Shown here piece by piece: positions 41,804 through 55,435 of a stretch of 64,000 bases of DNA. This DNA comes from Octopus vulgaris (taxonomy: Eukaryota). The stretch covers positions 17,794,001 through 17,858,000 of the forward strand of contig OX597837.1 of NCBI GenBank assembly GCA_951406725.2, given 5' to 3'. The number at the start of each line of letters is the position of its first letter. Position 1 is the stretch's first letter. Below the pieces are notes generated by a model. That model searched no databases. It was not told the origin of the DNA and saw nothing but the letters and a program-made list of their open reading frames with translations. Made by a program: the position numbers and the translations under genes.

Positions 41804-44800
41804 CATATTGTGTCCAGAGTGGCAATTTATCATTTTTGGAAGTTTCTCTCACATGTTTAAAATGTATATTTTTTGGTTCTCGAAACTCAAGAGATTACAA
41901 AGCAAAAAATCTGAGTTTAAAATAATGTATGGTTTACATTTTTATAGCTCTTTAAAGTTGGCCAGTTTAAATGAAATTTACGTTTATTTTTAAGTATCTT
42001 AAGATTGAACATATTTTCTTTCACAAAAAAGATTTTTAACCTCTGTTTGAACTTATTTAGAAGCATTTTTTTATTGTCTTTCAGCCAAGCCACAGCCTGG
42101 AGTGCATAGGCCAACTTAAATTTGAGAAAATAGGGGATGCATGAAAAATTTAAGTTTTTGATAGAAATACCCAGATTTTTGGTAAAATCCCCTCAAACTT
42201 CATAATTTTTTTTTAAATGACAAATTTTGACATATTAAAGACTAACATATTTGACATCCTTAACATTTTATGTAAACTGTAGAAAAAAATCAGTTCAAAG
42301 GGGTTAAAAGGCTACACAGAAAGTTTTGATGTTTGGGTACCAAACATCAAAACCAACCAAAATTGGGTAAAATCGGTAGTTATTGACCCCCAATGTGATT
42401 AAACAAGTATAAAAACAGGAAACATAAAATGGACTCAAAACCTTATAAATTTCTTGAAATAATTGATCTTAAATGCACTTTTTTGGTATTTAGCCTATTT
42501 TATGGAGTAAAAATCTTATTAGGAAGGTCAGATTCTGGTTTGGAGGATTTTGTCTTGCTTATTTCAAAATTAAAGAAGAGCCAAAATGCAAGATAACGAA
42601 AAGAAAATATTCCCAACAAATCCCTGGATTGAAACTTTACCATAGTCTACCCCCACCAAAGAAAAATACAATGAAACTCCACCCCTGTGATTCACAAAGA
42701 AAATCAGAATCATTTGTACAAAACTGTGAAAACTGATTACTTATTATTCACAAGAAATATTGAAACAATAATGCTAAACAATAAATATGTGTAACATGGA
42801 CCAATCAGTAATATAGTGATTCAATTCTTGATAGTTCCTCTGTCAAAGCAGACCCCATGTTATGTTTTGAAGAACGGCCTGTGTGACCAACTTCACCACA
42901 AACAGAACAACTTGGGCTGGGATGTTTTGAAGCAATTGCTGGATGTGACATGATGGACATTCTTCTGAAGATGTCACGGATGTTATCCTTGATTGAAAGC
43001 TAGCAAGATCTTGCAGAAGGACCACTTTGAAATGACCTTAGATGTTTATTCCAACTCTCACTCCATTTAGCAATTTATTGGCCACTATTTAACTCAAAGA
43101 GCTGCCAGCTATGCACACACATTTTGTGGAAAGATGGAATGATCAACACCCAAGGCTACCCCTTCTTGATAAGGAGCACGTTCTTCATGTGCATCATCAG
43201 CTCTCTATCCAGTTACTTCAACGCATTAACTTGCACCTTCTTTGTTGCATTAACTGATTGTGTAATGGTGAGCATGATGTTTGTCAATGACAAAAAATAC
43301 AATAGTTTTGTCGATCTTTGTCACTGAGAATTGTATCATGGTGAACTGGACTGAAGAACCGATCAGCCAGGGGACCAGTATTGGTGTTCCCCACTGAACC
43401 ACATGGTGAGTCCATTAAGATTCCAGTACTGGAACAGATAGCATCAATGCATTCTTTTTTGGTTCAACCAAGAAATCGCATCACATTAAGGTTTGCTGTC
43501 TCACTCCAGATCTTCTGACCACCAAGGTAGTGGAGAATTTTCTGTGCAAAATCCAATGATTTCAGCTGAAAGTGAAGAACAGAAAGGCAAAAAAGATCAG
43601 CTTTGATGATGTTCTCATGACATTGTCCTTGTCTCTCACTACTTGAATTGGTAATGTCCTCAGCTGACAGCTTTTCCCATTCTGTTTCGCAAGAAGCATA
43701 GTCCTTCGTAATATCAAAGCCTACAGATATCACTCTAACATTGTTTGCATCAGCTTGCAATGTATTACACAGATAACAGAATACTTGACTGACACTTTGA
43801 AGCAAGGAGACCATTTTTCCATCAACCATTGAGCACTTTGTTTTGTAATGTACAGTGATAGTTTTGTCACCAAGAAGAACATTTAACTGATACACATCCC
43901 TTATAAGTTCAACAGTAAGAAGATCTCATTCCTCAACACACCTAGTAAGTAACACAGGGCATGCAAAACTGGTGCTGTTTTGGCACTGGGTTTGTCCAAA
44001 GCACAGTGTTGTTGTAGTCCAGCTGACGAGGACAGTAACAGGACTAATGCTACTGCATTGTCAACAGGAATTGTGCATTTTGTTGGCTTAACAGAGAAAT
44101 GCCAAGTCCATTTGCATTCATCGACTACCATTTGCAGAGCAACTTTTTTTGTTACATTCTGTTTCTCAGTAAATTGTTCTACCCAACAAACCACATTTTT
44201 CAAAATCGACCTTGTTTTTTTCAAACAAGGTGCATCACTGAGGGTTACACTTGGTCTGCTTCTTGGTTTCTTTATCTGATGCTTGAACATGCTCAAAGAA
44301 AACCAAATTCTCCTATTTGGATACATCACTTTGAGAACTCCTGTTGCCAGGTTTTGAATCCAACATTCTCAAGAATTTCATGCTGATGGACCAATGGTCT
44401 GGAGGTGGCTTTGGAAGATTCTCTATGAACATGGTCACTGCTTCATCACATTTCTTGCCCTTCTTGGTGTTTTTAGGCAAGTGTTTGGTATAACCAAGAA
44501 ATAGTTCTAATGCTTCTTTGTTATTCCACTTCATTTTGAATTGATTTCCTACCTAAAAGATAAAGAAAATACATCAGCATAAAATTGGCTTTGTCACCCT
44601 GAGCTCAAATTAGAGAAAACACATGCAAACCAGTCAAAAGAACAACCCAAACAGATAAAACTGCAACAACTCATGGCAATTGGCCCAAACATGTAATGAT
44701 TCAATATTGCTGTTGATGCACACATACTTCAAAAACAAGTGAACAAAATGCAAGCATGCAACAAGGCACAACATCAATTGATAACAACTTTTAGAGAATG

Positions 44801-45200
44801 ACCAATATGAAGGTGAAGCACCAAACAAGTGAGGGAGAAAATGCTGTGTCAGCAAAATGGCAGACTGTACAAAGAAAGTGAAACTGAAACAGGAAGTTGA
44901 GCAGTTGGATACAATGGACACAACAAAGTGCTGAATTGCAATTTTGGTTTTTGAAAATTAATTTGTAGAGACTATAAAATCATTGCAGGTGATGTCAATC
45001 ATATCCTCATATGAGAAAAAAAAATGAGTAAATGAGGAGCCCTTAAAAGTACCTACCAGTAAATCATTTTTGACTGCAATACACCAAAAAGGCAATTTTG
45101 GTCAATATGCCCTGATTTGGTTATTTGAGCCCAAACCCCCATAAACAAATAAATAATTTTGGTTCCAGCAGATAGCTTTTAAAATTGTGGTTCAAACAAA
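41804..45200 (-). mobile_element. Transib/RAG1-like DNA transposon remnant
   Basis: LINE homology stops at 41803, and new sequence begins CATATTGTGTCCAGAG (resembles CAC-type ends). Contains the transposase pseudogene. The right boundary is not resolved. Confidence 0.7.
42805..44534 (-). pseudogene. Transib/RAG1-core-like DDE transposase pseudogene
   Basis: Manual translation across frameshifts gives, in order: CYCPRQL..NTVLWTNPVP/NSTSFACPVLL..VEE; SMVDGKMV; FCYLC; ERQGQC; LSVLH; GNTNTGPLADRFF; PWVLIIPSFHKMCVH; IAKWSESWNKHLRSF; SARSC*LSIKDNIRDIFRRM; CSVCGEVGHTGRSS...LYY*. This follows Transib/RAG1 core order. There are several stops, and the first catalytic Asp region appears deleted. Confidence 0.9.
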
Positions 45201-45719
45201 CCCTCAACCACGTCCATCTTCAATGGTGCCAGCCAGGTAGAAAATCTACCCAAAGGTACTGATAGGTGAGTATGCCTGAACATGGGGTATTCCGTCATCA
45301 GAGACAAGTAGAGAACATATGAAAGATCTAGACATGGAAATATTCAGATAAAACATCTAGACATGGAAAATTCACAGATAATAAGCAATGAAATAGAAGA
45401 GTAGAGAGTAAGTTCATTCTATGGATTTTAGTCCGAATGTCCTTAGTTAAAATCCAAGGTAAATCCAGGCAGTATTACAGCAATACTACAGCTATCACTT
45501 GGGATATCCCAGAAACAGCTGTATGACTTCAACCAATTTAATATATATGTACATACACAGAATATATGTAGAGACAGTTATAAATGTCATTGTTTTCAAA
45601 GTTTTGTCAACTGTAGGTAATTTACATGTATATACATTTGTGTATATGTTTCACTATATACTACCCATAATAACCAGTTTACCTGTATGTGTGTCTGTAT
45701 ATATATATATATATTTTCT

Positions 45720-45930
45720 TTTTTTTTTACTTGTTTCAGTCATTTGACTGCGGCCATACTGAAGCACTGCCTTTAGTAGAGCAAATTGACCCCAGGACTT
45801 ATTCTTTGTAAGCCTAATACTTATTCTATCGGCCTCTTTTGCCGAACAGCTAAGTTATGGGGACATAAACACACCAGCATTGGCTGTCAAGCAATGGTGG
45901 GGGGGACAAACACATACACACAAATATATA
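45720..45930 (-). mobile_element. CORE-type SINE 3' part
   Basis: TTTACTTGTTTCAGTCATTTGACTGCGGCCA...GGGGGACAAACACA is the reverse complement of 15570-15755. Confidence 0.85.
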
Positions 45931-45948
45931 CACACACATACACACGCG

Positions 45949-45981
<33 letters not shown>

Positions 45982-46053
45982 ATATATTTGTATGTATACA
46001 TATGTATGTGTGTGTGATGTGTGTATATAGACACATATATATATAATGAGTAT

Positions 46054-46267
46054 AAGGTGGTGAGCTGGCAGAAACGTTAGCACACCAAGCAAAATGCTTA
46101 GCAGTGTTTTGTCTGTCTTTACATTTGGGGTTCATATTCTGCTGAGGTCGACTTTGCCTTTCACTCTTTCGGGGTCGATAAATTAAGTACCAGTTGCGCA
46201 CTGGAGTCAATCTAATCGCCTGGCACCCTCCCCAAAAATTTCGGGCCTCATGCCTTGAGTAGAAAAG
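46054..46267 (+). mobile_element. Full-length solitary tRNA-derived SINE with 18-bp target-site duplication
   Basis: Same unit as the 6.7-10.9 kb array. TATATATATAATGAGTAT occurs at 46036-46053 and 46268-46285. Confidence 0.92.
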
Positions 46268-46410
46268 TATATATATAATGAGTATGTACATATATGTGTA
46301 AACACACAAAATGTGTGTGTATTAGCTGCTGTGATGCAAACTGTATTATATTTAACTACTGTGAACTTGCACTAGAGACTCCATGTGTATATCTCCCTCC
46401 TCACAACCCC

Positions 46411-46466
<56 letters not shown>

Positions 46467-47187
46467 CTCTCTACCCCATCTCCCACCTTATTATTACTCC
46501 ATTACCACCACCACTAACATTGCCAGCAGCACAGGCACAGTTCTTACTATATTTGCTATTCTGCTTTTCCAAGCTGTAAGTTAGACCTTGGCCTCATTCT
46601 AATACTTTCCTAACAAAGCTGACTCATATTTACACTAATCTCTCCCTTCGTCTCACCACCAACACCATTAGCTCTTCCTCCTTCTCCTCATCTATATTCT
46701 CTTCCTTTCTTTTATGTCTTTAACTGTCACATCTGAATATCTTTCACTTGCTCTATTTACACTCTCTCACATACATACACAAAAATATAAGTGAGCCGTT
46801 TGTGTGTGCACTAGTATATATCTGTGTCTGTGTGTGCTTATGTGTATGTATATATATATGTATATGTATAAGGTGCATCATGTGTGGGTGTGTTTCTGAA
46901 GCAAGGAGGGCAGTGCCCTCTTTTTTTTTTAAAATTCTCCTGGACAGAAATTGAAATAACTAGGTGATGTCAGTGCAGTTTGTTTGTGTGTGATGGTCTG
47001 TCTCTATCAATGTTGTTCTCTGTTATCGCTCACTATAATTGTCTTTGTATATGGGTGCTTTGTCATGTATATATTTGTAAGTAATATACACTCATATATT
47101 TCTAATGTTTGTTTGCATATTATATGTATGTACACACACATACTCTCATCCAACCCATGCAAACATGGGAAAGTAGGAATTTAAACA

Positions 47188-48680
<1,493 letters not shown>

Positions 48681-49831
48681 GAGAGCTCTTACCTCTGCTG
48701 GTGACAAAAGGCCTCTCGCACAGAGTGAAAGGCAGACTGTATGATGCGTGTGTACGAACAGCCATGCTACATGGCAGTGAAACATGGGCCATGACTGCTG
48801 AGGATATGCGTAAGCTCGCTAGAAATGAAGCCAGTATGCTCCGATGGATGTGTAATGCCGGTACTCACACTCGGCAGAGTGTAAGTACCTTGAGAGAAAA
48901 GCTGAACCTAAGAAGCATCAGTTGTGGTGTGCAAGAGAGACGTTTGCGCTGGTATGGTCATGTGGCGAGAATGGATGAAGATAGTTGTGTGAAAAAGTGC
49001 CACACCCTAGCGGTTGAGGGAACCTGTGGAAGAGGCAGACCCAGGAAAACCTGGGACGAGGTGGTGAAGCACGACCTTCGAACTTTAGGTCTCACTGAGG
49101 AAATGACTAGAGACCGAGACCTCTGGAAGTGTGCTGTGCGCGAGAAGACCCGGCAGGACAAGTGAGTCCACAACCCGTGGCCTTCTACATGGGATGGAGC
49201 CAGCCTACGTATGCATACCTTCCCTTCTTGGGACACAAAACTCTACTTGTGAAGACGTGTTGAGGCAAGTGAGGATCAGAATCGAAATCGATCAATGGAA
49301 ATTGCGGATGTGCTACCAGTGCCGGTGGCATGTCGAAACTCTGCTTGTGAAGACCCATTGAGGCAAGTGAGGATCAGAATCGAAATCGATCAATGGAAAT
49401 CGATCAATGGAAATCGATCAATGGAAATTGCAGATGTGTTACCAGTGCCGGTGGCATGTAAGAGAACTTTCCGTTTCGCGACCGTTGCCAGCCTCGCCTG
49501 GCCCTCGTGCCGGTGGCACATAAAAAGCACCATCCGTTCGTGGCCGTTTGCCAGCTCTGTCTGGCACCAGTGCGGGTGGCACGAAAAGCACCCACTACAC
49601 TCTTCAGTGGCCGTTTGCCAGCTCTGTCTGGCACCAGTGCGGGTGGCACGTAAAAAAGCACCCACTACACTCACGGAGTGGTTGGCGTTAGGAAGGGCAT
49701 CCAGCCGTAGAAACACTGCCAGATTTGACTGGGCCTGATGAAGCCTTCCAGCTTCACAGACCCCAGTAGAACCGTCCAACCCATGCTAGCATGGAAAACG
49801 GACGCTAAATGATGATGATGATGATGATGAT
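48681..49831 (+). mobile_element. 5'-truncated RTE LINE with duplicated 3'UTR blocks and (GAT)n tail
   Basis: ORF 48701-49165 is uninterrupted (MLHGSETW...WYGHV...GRGRPRKTW). The tail merges into (TA)n. Confidence 0.95.
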
Positions 49832-50124
49832 ATATATATGTATGTATATATATATGTATATATATATATGTATATATATATGTATATATATATATGTATA
49901 TATATATATATGTATATATATATGTATGTATATATATATGTATGTATATATATATGTATATGTATGTATATATGTATATATATATGTATATGTATGTATA
50001 TATATATATGTATGTATATATATATGTATGTATATATATATGTATGTATATATATATATGTATGTATATATATATGTATGTATATATATATATGTATGTA
50101 TATGTATATGTATGTATATATATG

Positions 50125-50158
<34 letters not shown>

Positions 50159-50366
50159 TATGTATATGTATGTATATATATATGTATATATATATATGTA
50201 TGTATATATATATGTATATGTATGTATATGTATATGTATGTATATATATATGTATATGTATATATATATATATGTATGTATATGTATGTATGTATATATA
50301 TATGTATGTATATGTATGTATATATATATGTATGTATGTATATATATATGTATGTATATATATATG

Positions 50367-50398
<32 letters not shown>

Positions 50399-50515
50399 TG
50401 TATGTATGTATATATATATGTATGTATATATATATGTATGTATATATATATGTATGTATATATATATGTATGTATATATATGTATATGTATGTATGTATA
50501 TATATATATGTATGT

Positions 50516-50556
<41 letters not shown>

Positions 50557-50565
50557 TATGTATGT

Positions 50566-50640
<75 letters not shown>

Positions 50641-50914
50641 TATATGTATGTATATATATATGTATGTATATATATATGTATGTATGTATATATATATGTA
50701 TGTATATATATATATATGTATGTATATATATATATATGTATGTATATATATATATATGTATGTATATATATATGTATGTATATATATATATGTATGTATA
50801 TATATATATGTATGTATATATATATATGTATGTATATATATATGTATGTATGTATATATGTGTATATGTGTATATATGTGTATATATAAATATATATATA
50901 TATGTGTATATATA
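49832..50914. repeat. ~1.1-kb (TA)n/(TATG)n array
   Basis: Directly visible. Confidence 0.97.
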
Positions 50915-51112
50915 TTCATTGCTGATACCCTCCATGTCAAGATAAAGCAGTTGAGCTTGGCGCTGAAAGTCTTCAGCCAGGTTGTCTCTATATTTGAGCC
51001 ATAGAGTGGCCGGATCACACAGTTCGCATGCCTGTAGTAATACTGCAAATAGTGCCCTGAGACTTTTAGGTGATTGTGATAAAGCAGCCTCTCCTTTTAA
51101 CATTTTGCCTAG
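50915..51112 (-). pseudogene. Internal fragment of Helitron RepHel (region upstream of the PIF1-like helicase)
   Basis: [42 protein letters not shown] matches the Helitron EA....P..LR.LF..IL..C...DP..LW..Y...L.EDF block. Confidence 0.8.
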
Positions 51113-52599
51113 GGTGACCCCACAGCAATACCATATCTTCTCCACTATTTCAGTATTACGTGTTAAAAGTGAAACAAAAACATCTCTTTATTGTAATGCA
51201 GAGACTTTCAATTTAATACTGAAACTATTAAAGTGAAAGTATTATATAACAGGGATGAACCATTAATAGTGGTCATCCATTTTGAAATTGCTGGCCTTGT
51301 GCCAAAATCTGAAACCAATAATTTGCTACAGTGAAGCCCATCAGTTGTATGACTTTCCAGTAGAGCTTGTATTATCATCATCTGTTTATGTTTGCTTTTC
51401 TCTGTTGATGTGTTACATTTGCTTTTCTTGATGGGTAGCATTTGCTTTTCTCAATGGCATAGCATCTCACCATATGTTGCAATTATGTGTCATCTCTTAT
51501 ATTCATCTAGCTTCTTCATATCAGAATTAAACACTTCATCATCAATCTTCTTCAGTCTTCCTCTTCTGCAGTTTCCTGTCACATTGTTTGACTCTGCTTT
51601 TTTTTTTTTTTTCCAGCCAGCTATCTTCATGCACGTCACATTTCCAAATAGTACAGTCTCCTCTCTTGTATCGTTTTTTTGTTGGATATGTAAAAATAAA
51701 AATTGTATTTGGTATCAAAATGTTTCCGGACTTGTTCTGTTGTGCACCAACAGATGGCAGCACATGCTTCTTAGCTTAGGAGATAAGAGTAACAGCAAAA
51801 GATGATCTTAGTTAAATACAGCTATCATTGTGGTGGAATGGCACAATCAGGAGAGAATTGGTCAGAACACAGAAGTTGCATTTGCCTTTAGTCTTCTGGG
51901 GGTTGGTAAGATAACCAACAAACAAAGGAGCCTATATCTGATAGAAATAGCAGTCAAATCTTCCTTAAGTCAAACCCTTATATATTGGAAACAGGACATA
52001 TTTGTTGATGTACTACTAGACATGAGAATATGACAACCATTGCTTGAGGTACCAGGTAGAGAGATAAACAGTTGCACCAACATTAGCTGGTACTTTCTAT
52101 TTTAACACTGAAAAGATGAAAGGTGAAGTGGACCTCAGCAGTACTGGAACTCAGAGAGCAGAGAACTGGAGCAAATATAATGCATTTTATTGTATTCTCA
52201 AACAACTCAGCTATTCATCTGCCTTACTACTAGATTTATGACTTCTGAAAAAAGTCCACTGTTGATGTTTTACCTCTACCTTATCAAAATTGTCTCCATG
52301 CGCAAATGTTAGAAATCGTTGTTCGTCTATCACTAAAGACTGGGTTTTTGGATTCTTTTTGTTACATTTCTGACAATCAGTTGGTCAGTCAAAACATGAT
52401 AGCCTAGGGAATAAATTAATTGTATGTGTGTGTATGATCATCATCACCATTTTAACATTCACTTTTTTATACTTGCATGGGTTGGACAAATTTGTAAGGT
52501 GATATTTGTCCATGGCTAGACATGTTTTCATGGCAGAATGAAATGAAACACATCACTTGCATGATGGTGATATTTAATTACAACTGCCATGTGAGGTCA

Positions 52600-55430
52600 T
52601 GATTCGGAGCTTATATTGGTCATTAACAATTTTTTATGATACAAAAAGTTCATTAATTACGGAAGACCTATTAGCTGGCATATTACATTTGCAGAAGCAG
52701 CAGAAACAGGAGTTAGAGCAACAACTACCACACAAACAGTTGGTGGAGTCATGTTTAAAGCACTCAGGAAACACTGCAAGTTTGTTTTCACCAGGTGGCA
52801 AGCGGAATTTAGTTATAACCCATTTTTGGCATACTTCAGAAGATATGATAGAAATCTTCAAGGAAGAATGCAAGTGTTGGATGGACAGTGAAAAAGTGAG
52901 ACTACTGTTATGAAAATTAGCTCCTTCAGAACATGAAAAATACTGCCTAAATAAACAAACGAAATTTGTTTCAAGGAAACAATTGAATTGCTATCCAAAA
53001 TGTTCAGAGATAAGAGTTTCCTGTTTAATACTCACTGGGAGTGTTTGAACTTAGTAAAAGAAGAGGAGGAATATTTTGTCAGTTATGCTGGAATTGTAAA
53101 TAGTATGTGCAAAAAATTTAAACTGAAGGAATTATCTCCTGATGTGTTTAAATGCCTCATCTTTGTGCAAGGTTTGACAGCAAACAAAGATGCAAAAATA
53201 CATGCACAGATTCTTACAAAACTAGAACAGGGAGACCAGAATTTAACCCTGCAGGCAGTAGCATAGGAATGTCAAAGAATTATCAACTTGCAACAGGATG
53301 TAATGAAAATTGAAGAAAAAAGTTTCTTTCAAGTACAGACATGTTAACCTGGAATAAATAAAAGAAAAAAGAATGTTATGACCAAATCCATGCTATGGGT
53401 GTGGAGGTCTGAATTTTAAGAAAGACTGTCCATTTAAAATTAAATTTGGAAATGTTTTAGTTGTCGAAAAATAGGACATAAAAGCTGGCAGTGCATAGTG
53501 AAACTAAAAAAGTTGGAAAAAAAAATTCTTCTAAAAAGGTTTGCTCAATGGAAAGTCGTGACGACACCCCAAAAATATGTGTATGTAAAAATAGACAATG
53601 CAAAAATGAAACTACAACCAAACACAGGTAGCAACATTACAGTTATTGATGCTGACATGTGAAAGAAAATTGGGAAACCTACACTAAAGAAAACATTGAA
53701 AAGTGTGCTAGGCATCACAAGTGAAAGATTATACTTCTTAGGTGAAATGGTAAGCAACATTACATTTTGTAGTAATACCTGAAGTGGAATTGATCAAATA
53801 ATTGTCAAAAGACGTTTAACAATATTAAGAAAATATTAATATTGGATTTGTCGCTGGCTCATTTCGATCTTGCAGCAGAGATTGTTGCAGCTTCTGATAC
53901 ATCTGAATACAGCATAGGAGCAGTAATGCTACACAAATATAAAGATGGTAATATGAAGATGGTGGTTCATGCCTCTCATTCTCTGATAGCAGCAGAGAAA
54001 AACTATAGTCAAATAGAGAAAGAAGCTCTAGCGATCATTTTTGCCATGAAGAAATTTCACAGATTTTTTTATAGTAGACGTTTTTGGTTACAAAGTTATC
54101 ACTGACCATTATTATCAACTTTTGGTTTGAAGAAAGGAATTCCTACCCATGTTGCAAATAGGTGACAATGCTGGGATATGATATTGTTGAATTACAACTT
54201 TAAGATGGAGTATATGCCATCCAGGAAGTTAGGCCATGTGGATTGTTTACCAAGGCTAATTCCAAAAAATACAGGGCTATTCAAAGATACCGTGATTGCT
54301 GGAAAATTAAAAAACATTTTGTGTAACGTCATTTGGGAGCTGCCAGTAACTGTTCAAGATATAAAATTAAAATTGGAGAATGACTAATTAATTGCAAAGA
54401 TGAAAGAAATGTTGAAGGTAAAAGAAAATAAAAATATACATAACACAAATGCGAACCATTTTTCTCTGTATGATAATGTATTGATGTATGCACAAAGAGT
54501 TGTAGTACCAGCCTCACTACAAAAGTATATATTAAGTGAATTTCATATGGGACATCCAAGGATTTCAAGAATGAAATCAGTAATGAGGAGTTAGGTCTAT
54601 TGGCCTACTATGGACTGTGATATTGAACAACTGATGAAACCCTGCAGAGGTTGTGTTCTTGCAGCAAAATCACCACCAGTGAAATTCCAATTGTGGCTAA
54701 AGGCAGACAGTCCATGATCCAGGCTACATATAGATTTTGCTGGACCAGTAAACTGCACTTATTACCTGATCATAATAGACAGCTATACCAAGTGGCCAAC
54801 CTTGAAGGTAACAATAAGGTTCCTTCATGAAATGTTTTGCATGATATGGTGTCCCAGACACTGTAGTATCAGATACAGATCGCAGTTTTTGGGGTACAAA
54901 TTAAAAAATTTCTGTGAGAGATGTGCAATCAATCACATCTCTACTCTCCTGTACTACCCAAGATCAAATGGGTAAGCAGAAAGCTTCATAGACATATTTA
55001 AGCAAGCACTAAAAAAATCAGAAAATTTTTAAGGCTTTAACACCTAACCTGAACACCTGTTCATGCAAGTCATCTGCAGACCTGACATTTGCTTGGAAGA
55101 TAAAATCAATTTTTGATTAATTGTTAACTAAGTTTTTTAGTTATAGGGAAAACCCAAGAAACACAACAAAGTATTTTAATGTGAGAGATTAAGTTCATTT
55201 CAAAATATATAAGAATGGAAGATAAGGTTGGGAGGATGGTATAGTGATGAAAAGAAAAGGCAGTATGATATACATAGTAAAAGGTCAAATAGGAGAGCAC
55301 AAACATTTGACACACCAAAGAAAGAGAAGAAATACCACTAGAAGTTTGTTATGACTTATTCAATGTTCCAACACCAAAAGAGGTTGAACCTAGGCAGATC
55401 TGCAATAGAAAACGTAAGACAGTGTCTAGT
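52600..55430 (+). mobile_element. Decayed Ty3/Gypsy LTR-retrotransposon internal region (gag, protease, RNase H, integrase; RT mostly deleted)
   Basis: KVRLLL..L...EHEKY; knuckles CYGCGG and CFSCRKIGHK..QC; LQPNTGS (protease site decayed); ASDTSEYSIGAV...NYSQIEKEALAIIF; H.GHP...VYWP...C..C; RLHIDFAGP; PRSNG.AE. No LTRs identified. Confidence 0.9.
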
Positions 55431-55435
55431 GGAAT

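Noticed and set aside
41804-42804. RAG2-like gene convergent with the RAG1-like pseudogene
   Set aside because: No sizeable ORF or kelch-like GG/W pattern is visible, and the space is only ~1 kb.
45083-45114. CAATATG at 45103-45109 as the right TIR of the Transib-like element
   Set aside because: Only 7 bp match the left end exactly, the flanks (TACCT vs CCCTG) are not a 5-bp TSD, and element-like sequence seems to continue beyond it.
51710-51765. CTCF-like motif CCAACAGATGGCAGCA (similar CACCAGGTGGTGCTA at ~27361)
   Set aside because: Short matches inside or beside TE-derived sequence (mariner-TIR-like AAATGTTTCCGGACT; LINE 3'UTR); no evidence of function.
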